From Gammaproteobacteria bacterium (GTDB lineage Bacteria > Pseudomonadota > Gammaproteobacteria > Eutrophobiales > Eutrophobiaceae), in the NCBI GenBank assembly GCA_030829955.1, contig JAURNY010000018.1:94377-158376 (forward strand): DNA of 64,000 bases. The letters are read 5' to 3'. The notes beneath the pieces are model-generated. The model saw nothing but the letters and a program-made list of their open reading frames with translations, had not been told where the DNA came from and made no database searches. Below are positions 61,952 to 64,000 of this stretch, one piece after another. The translations under genes and the position numbers were made by a program. Position 1 is the stretch's first letter. Each line of letters begins with the position of its first letter.

Positions 61952-62674
61952 CTAAGGTTGCATATTATAGAGAAAATGCCTGTCTTTTAAATCGGGCGCA
62001 ATAAGTTTCATAGTGTTTATCGCTTTTTTAAAAGCCCGTGCCAATATTAATAATGATGGAATCTGTGCTGGATTAAATATACAGGATAATACAAAACTTA
62101 TTGGCTTGGGCTTACCAAGATGATCAGTATGTTTGATGACAGCTGCAGGTATTGCCGCTATTGCTTCATCACATATGGTTCTGATTGCGATAAAATCCAG
62201 TTCCATCTCCTTTGCAAGTCCTGCAATAGCAGCACTTTCCATATCAACAGCATCGGCACCAGATTGTTGATGCAGTTTTACTTTGTCTCTTGGTGATGAA
62301 CAAATAATTTCATCAGAATAGATTGAGCTGCTAACAATACGATAACTATCTGAACTTAAATGTATTAAACATTGTTCTTGCCAATGGGCACTACATGGGT
62401 ACTCATTATCATTAGAAATAATTTTATCTGCGATAATAATATCACCTGAATGTAATCCTTCATTTAATCCGCCTGCTACTCCCCAGCTAACTAGCGCTTC
62501 GGCCCCTTGCTTGATTAATAACGCAGCGGCATGTAACGCACGATCATGACCGATGCCACTTAGGCATAACAACATATTATCGTTAAGAGAACAGGGCGTA
62601 TTTAGTGTTAACGAATGGGGTACAAGACATGCCGCTTCATCCGGCAAGGCTGCGATGATGCCTATCTTTTTCAA
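61952..62674 (-). CDS. hpnG: hopanoid-associated phosphorylase HpnG (PNP/UDP nucleosidase family)
   Basis: PNP_UDP_1 fold (IGIIAALPDEAA...SWGVAGGL...DMESAAIA). The track ORF reaches 62788, but that overlaps the shc 3' end by 118 nt. A TTG at 62674-62672 overlaps the shc stop (TTGA) and is the more likely coupled start, though uncertain. Confidence 0.65.
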   Translation of the reverse strand: MKKIGIIAALPDEAACLVPHSLTLNTPCSLNDNMLLCLSGIGHDRALHAAALLIKQGAEALVSWGVAGGLNEGLHSGDIIIADKIISNDNEYPCSAHWQEQCLIHLSSDSYRIVSSSIYSDEIICSSPRDKVKLHQQSGADAVDMESAAIAGLAKEMELDFIAIRTICDEAIAAIPAAVIKHTDHLGKPKPISFVLSCIFNPAQIPSLLILARAFKKAINTMKLIAPDLKDRHFLYNMQP

Positions 62675-64000
62675 GATGCTACTTGAGTTAGATTGCGGTA
62701 TCGAGCTAATGCCCAAAGCGGAAAATATTTGGTGTAACCGTGATATTTTAGATAGAACACACGTGGAAAGCCTGGGGCAGTATACCACTCATCATGCCAT
62801 TGACCATCAGCGCCCTGATTATTAATCAAATGTTGTATACCGCGTTTAACGGTTTCAGTATTGGCTTCACCAACAGCCAGTAATGCTAACAAGGCCCAGG
62901 CTGTCTGAAATGCTGTGCTGGGAAATGGCCGTTTGTGTCTTGGTGGATAATAACTCTCATTGCTTTCACCCCAACCACCATCTTCGTTTTGCATATCTTG
63001 TAAATAGGTAACCGCATTACAAATGTATTCCTGCCGTGGGTCTTCTTCTGCAATTTCTAATGCAGTTAATACTGACCAGGTACCATAAATATAGTTAGTG
63101 CCCCATCGACCAAACCAAGAACCATCTATTTCCTGTTCAGTTTTTAAATATTGAATAGCATCCTGAATATTTTTTGCATATTTATCTTTATCAGCGAGTG
63201 TCATTAACGCAATCGAGCGACCTGTGACATCTGCTGTTGGTGGGTCGAGTAATGCACCATGATCGGCAAATGGAATTGAATTTAGATAATATTGGGTATT
63301 ATTCACTTCAAATGAGCCAAAACCACCACCTTTTGATTGCATACCCGCGACCCATTTAGCCGCACGTTGAATAGGTTCTGCATATTTATCCTTACAAGAG
63401 CGATGCATTGCCCACGCGACCATTGATGTGTCATCTAAATCAGGATAATAATAATTACTATATTGAAACGCCCAGCCTCCGCCTTCAAGTTTAGGGCGAG
63501 GAATACGCCAATCTCCAGGTTCATCTTTCAATTGACGTTCTTTCAACCAGTCCAATGCATTTTCAATTTCCTGACTGCAATTTTTATCGGTTTCAATCAA
63601 TGCCTGACTGGCAAGACAAGTATCCCAAACGGGTGAGACACAAGGTTGACAATACATACTGCCATCCATGCGTTTAACTAATAAGTTATCTATGGCTTTT
63701 CTAGCTTTAACAACATGCGGATGATCTTTCGGATAACCAAGTACAATTAATGATTCATAAACATTAACCATCGCCGGAAATATACCCCCTATACCATGTT
63801 CTTCATTCATTCTTTCAATAAACCAACGTTTACAACGACGAATGGAATAGCAACGCACGAAACGCGGGACTAATTTCTCAACAACACGACCAATATGATC
63901 CAGAACCAGAAAGTAGCGACCCAGCATGGTTTTGATCTTGAAATAATTTTGTTCGCTTTCAGGTGGTACTACAAAGAGTTCGCGAATATCAATACCACGT
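62671..64000 (-). CDS. shc: squalene-hopene cyclase, partial; N-terminus lies beyond the window end
   Basis: QW motifs and a terpene-cyclase C-terminal domain (GGWGESNESY..., DGSWFGRWG). The minus-strand frame stays open upstream of the 63927 Met to position 64000. Confidence 0.9.
   Translation of the reverse strand, partial: RGIDIRELFVVPPESEQNYFKIKTMLGRYFLVLDHIGRVVEKLVPRFVRCYSIRRCKRWFIERMNEEHGIGGIFPAMVNVYESLIVLGYPKDHPHVVKARKAIDNLLVKRMDGSMYCQPCVSPVWDTCLASQALIETDKNCSQEIENALDWLKERQLKDEPGDWRIPRPKLEGGGWAFQYSNYYYPDLDDTSMVAWAMHRSCKDKYAEPIQRAAKWVAGMQSKGGGFGSFEVNNTQYYLNSIPFADHGALLDPPTADVTGRSIALMTLADKDKYAKNIQDAIQYLKTEQEIDGSWFGRWGTNYIYGTWSVLTALEIAEEDPRQEYICNAVTYLQDMQNEDGGWGESNESYYPPRHKRPFPSTAFQTAWALLALLAVGEANTETVKRGIQHLINNQGADGQWHDEWYTAPGFPRVFYLKYHGYTKYFPLWALARYRNLTQVAS

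Overview
The window reads as a low-GC (roughly 35-40%) gammaproteobacterium-like chromosomal segment; I cannot place it taxonomically. It is densely coded on both strands and contains no IS elements, integrases, CRISPR arrays or phage genes. Left to right it holds: a partial thiolase and a LysR regulator; a TCA block (sucA-sucB-lpdA on the minus strand, divergent from gltA-mdh on the plus strand); housekeeping genes (HAD hydrolase, rppH, an orphan nspC, mpl, FAH, nth); a three-gene partner-switching module (GAF-PP2C phosphatase, anti-sigma kinase, STAS antagonist) behind nth and a DUF1841 gene; fdxA, an ABC-2 exporter and mutS; a ~13.5 kb atypical Tad/Flp pilus locus (25.4-38.9 kb, all minus strand); htpG with a sigma-32-like promoter; a GAF-HD-GYP phosphodiesterase; prmB; a fused SoxY-SoxZ carrier with SoxC-type sulfite/sulfane dehydrogenase and a small c-type cytochrome; a 2-aminoethylphosphonate (AEP) biosynthesis and activation cluster (phnW, ppd, a Ppm-cytidylyltransferase fusion, a second nucleotidyltransferase); pgi; a CBS-domain gene; tRNA-Arg(CCU) and tRNA-Ser(GGA) bracketing a manC-glycosyltransferase islet; and a hopanoid cluster (hpnA, hpnN, a PhyH-family dioxygenase, hpnG, and shc running off the window). 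The most unusual region is the Tad locus. It has an FHA-domain-fused CpaF ATPase, no TadZ/CpaE and no TadV prepilin peptidase, several pseudopilin-like genes, and a CpaB/RcpC homologue carrying about 1 kb of in-frame ~120-bp (40-aa) tandem repeats. A small secreted paralogue of that protein's C-terminal module sits immediately downstream. All calls rest on reading the supplied translations for family motifs; no database search was possible.
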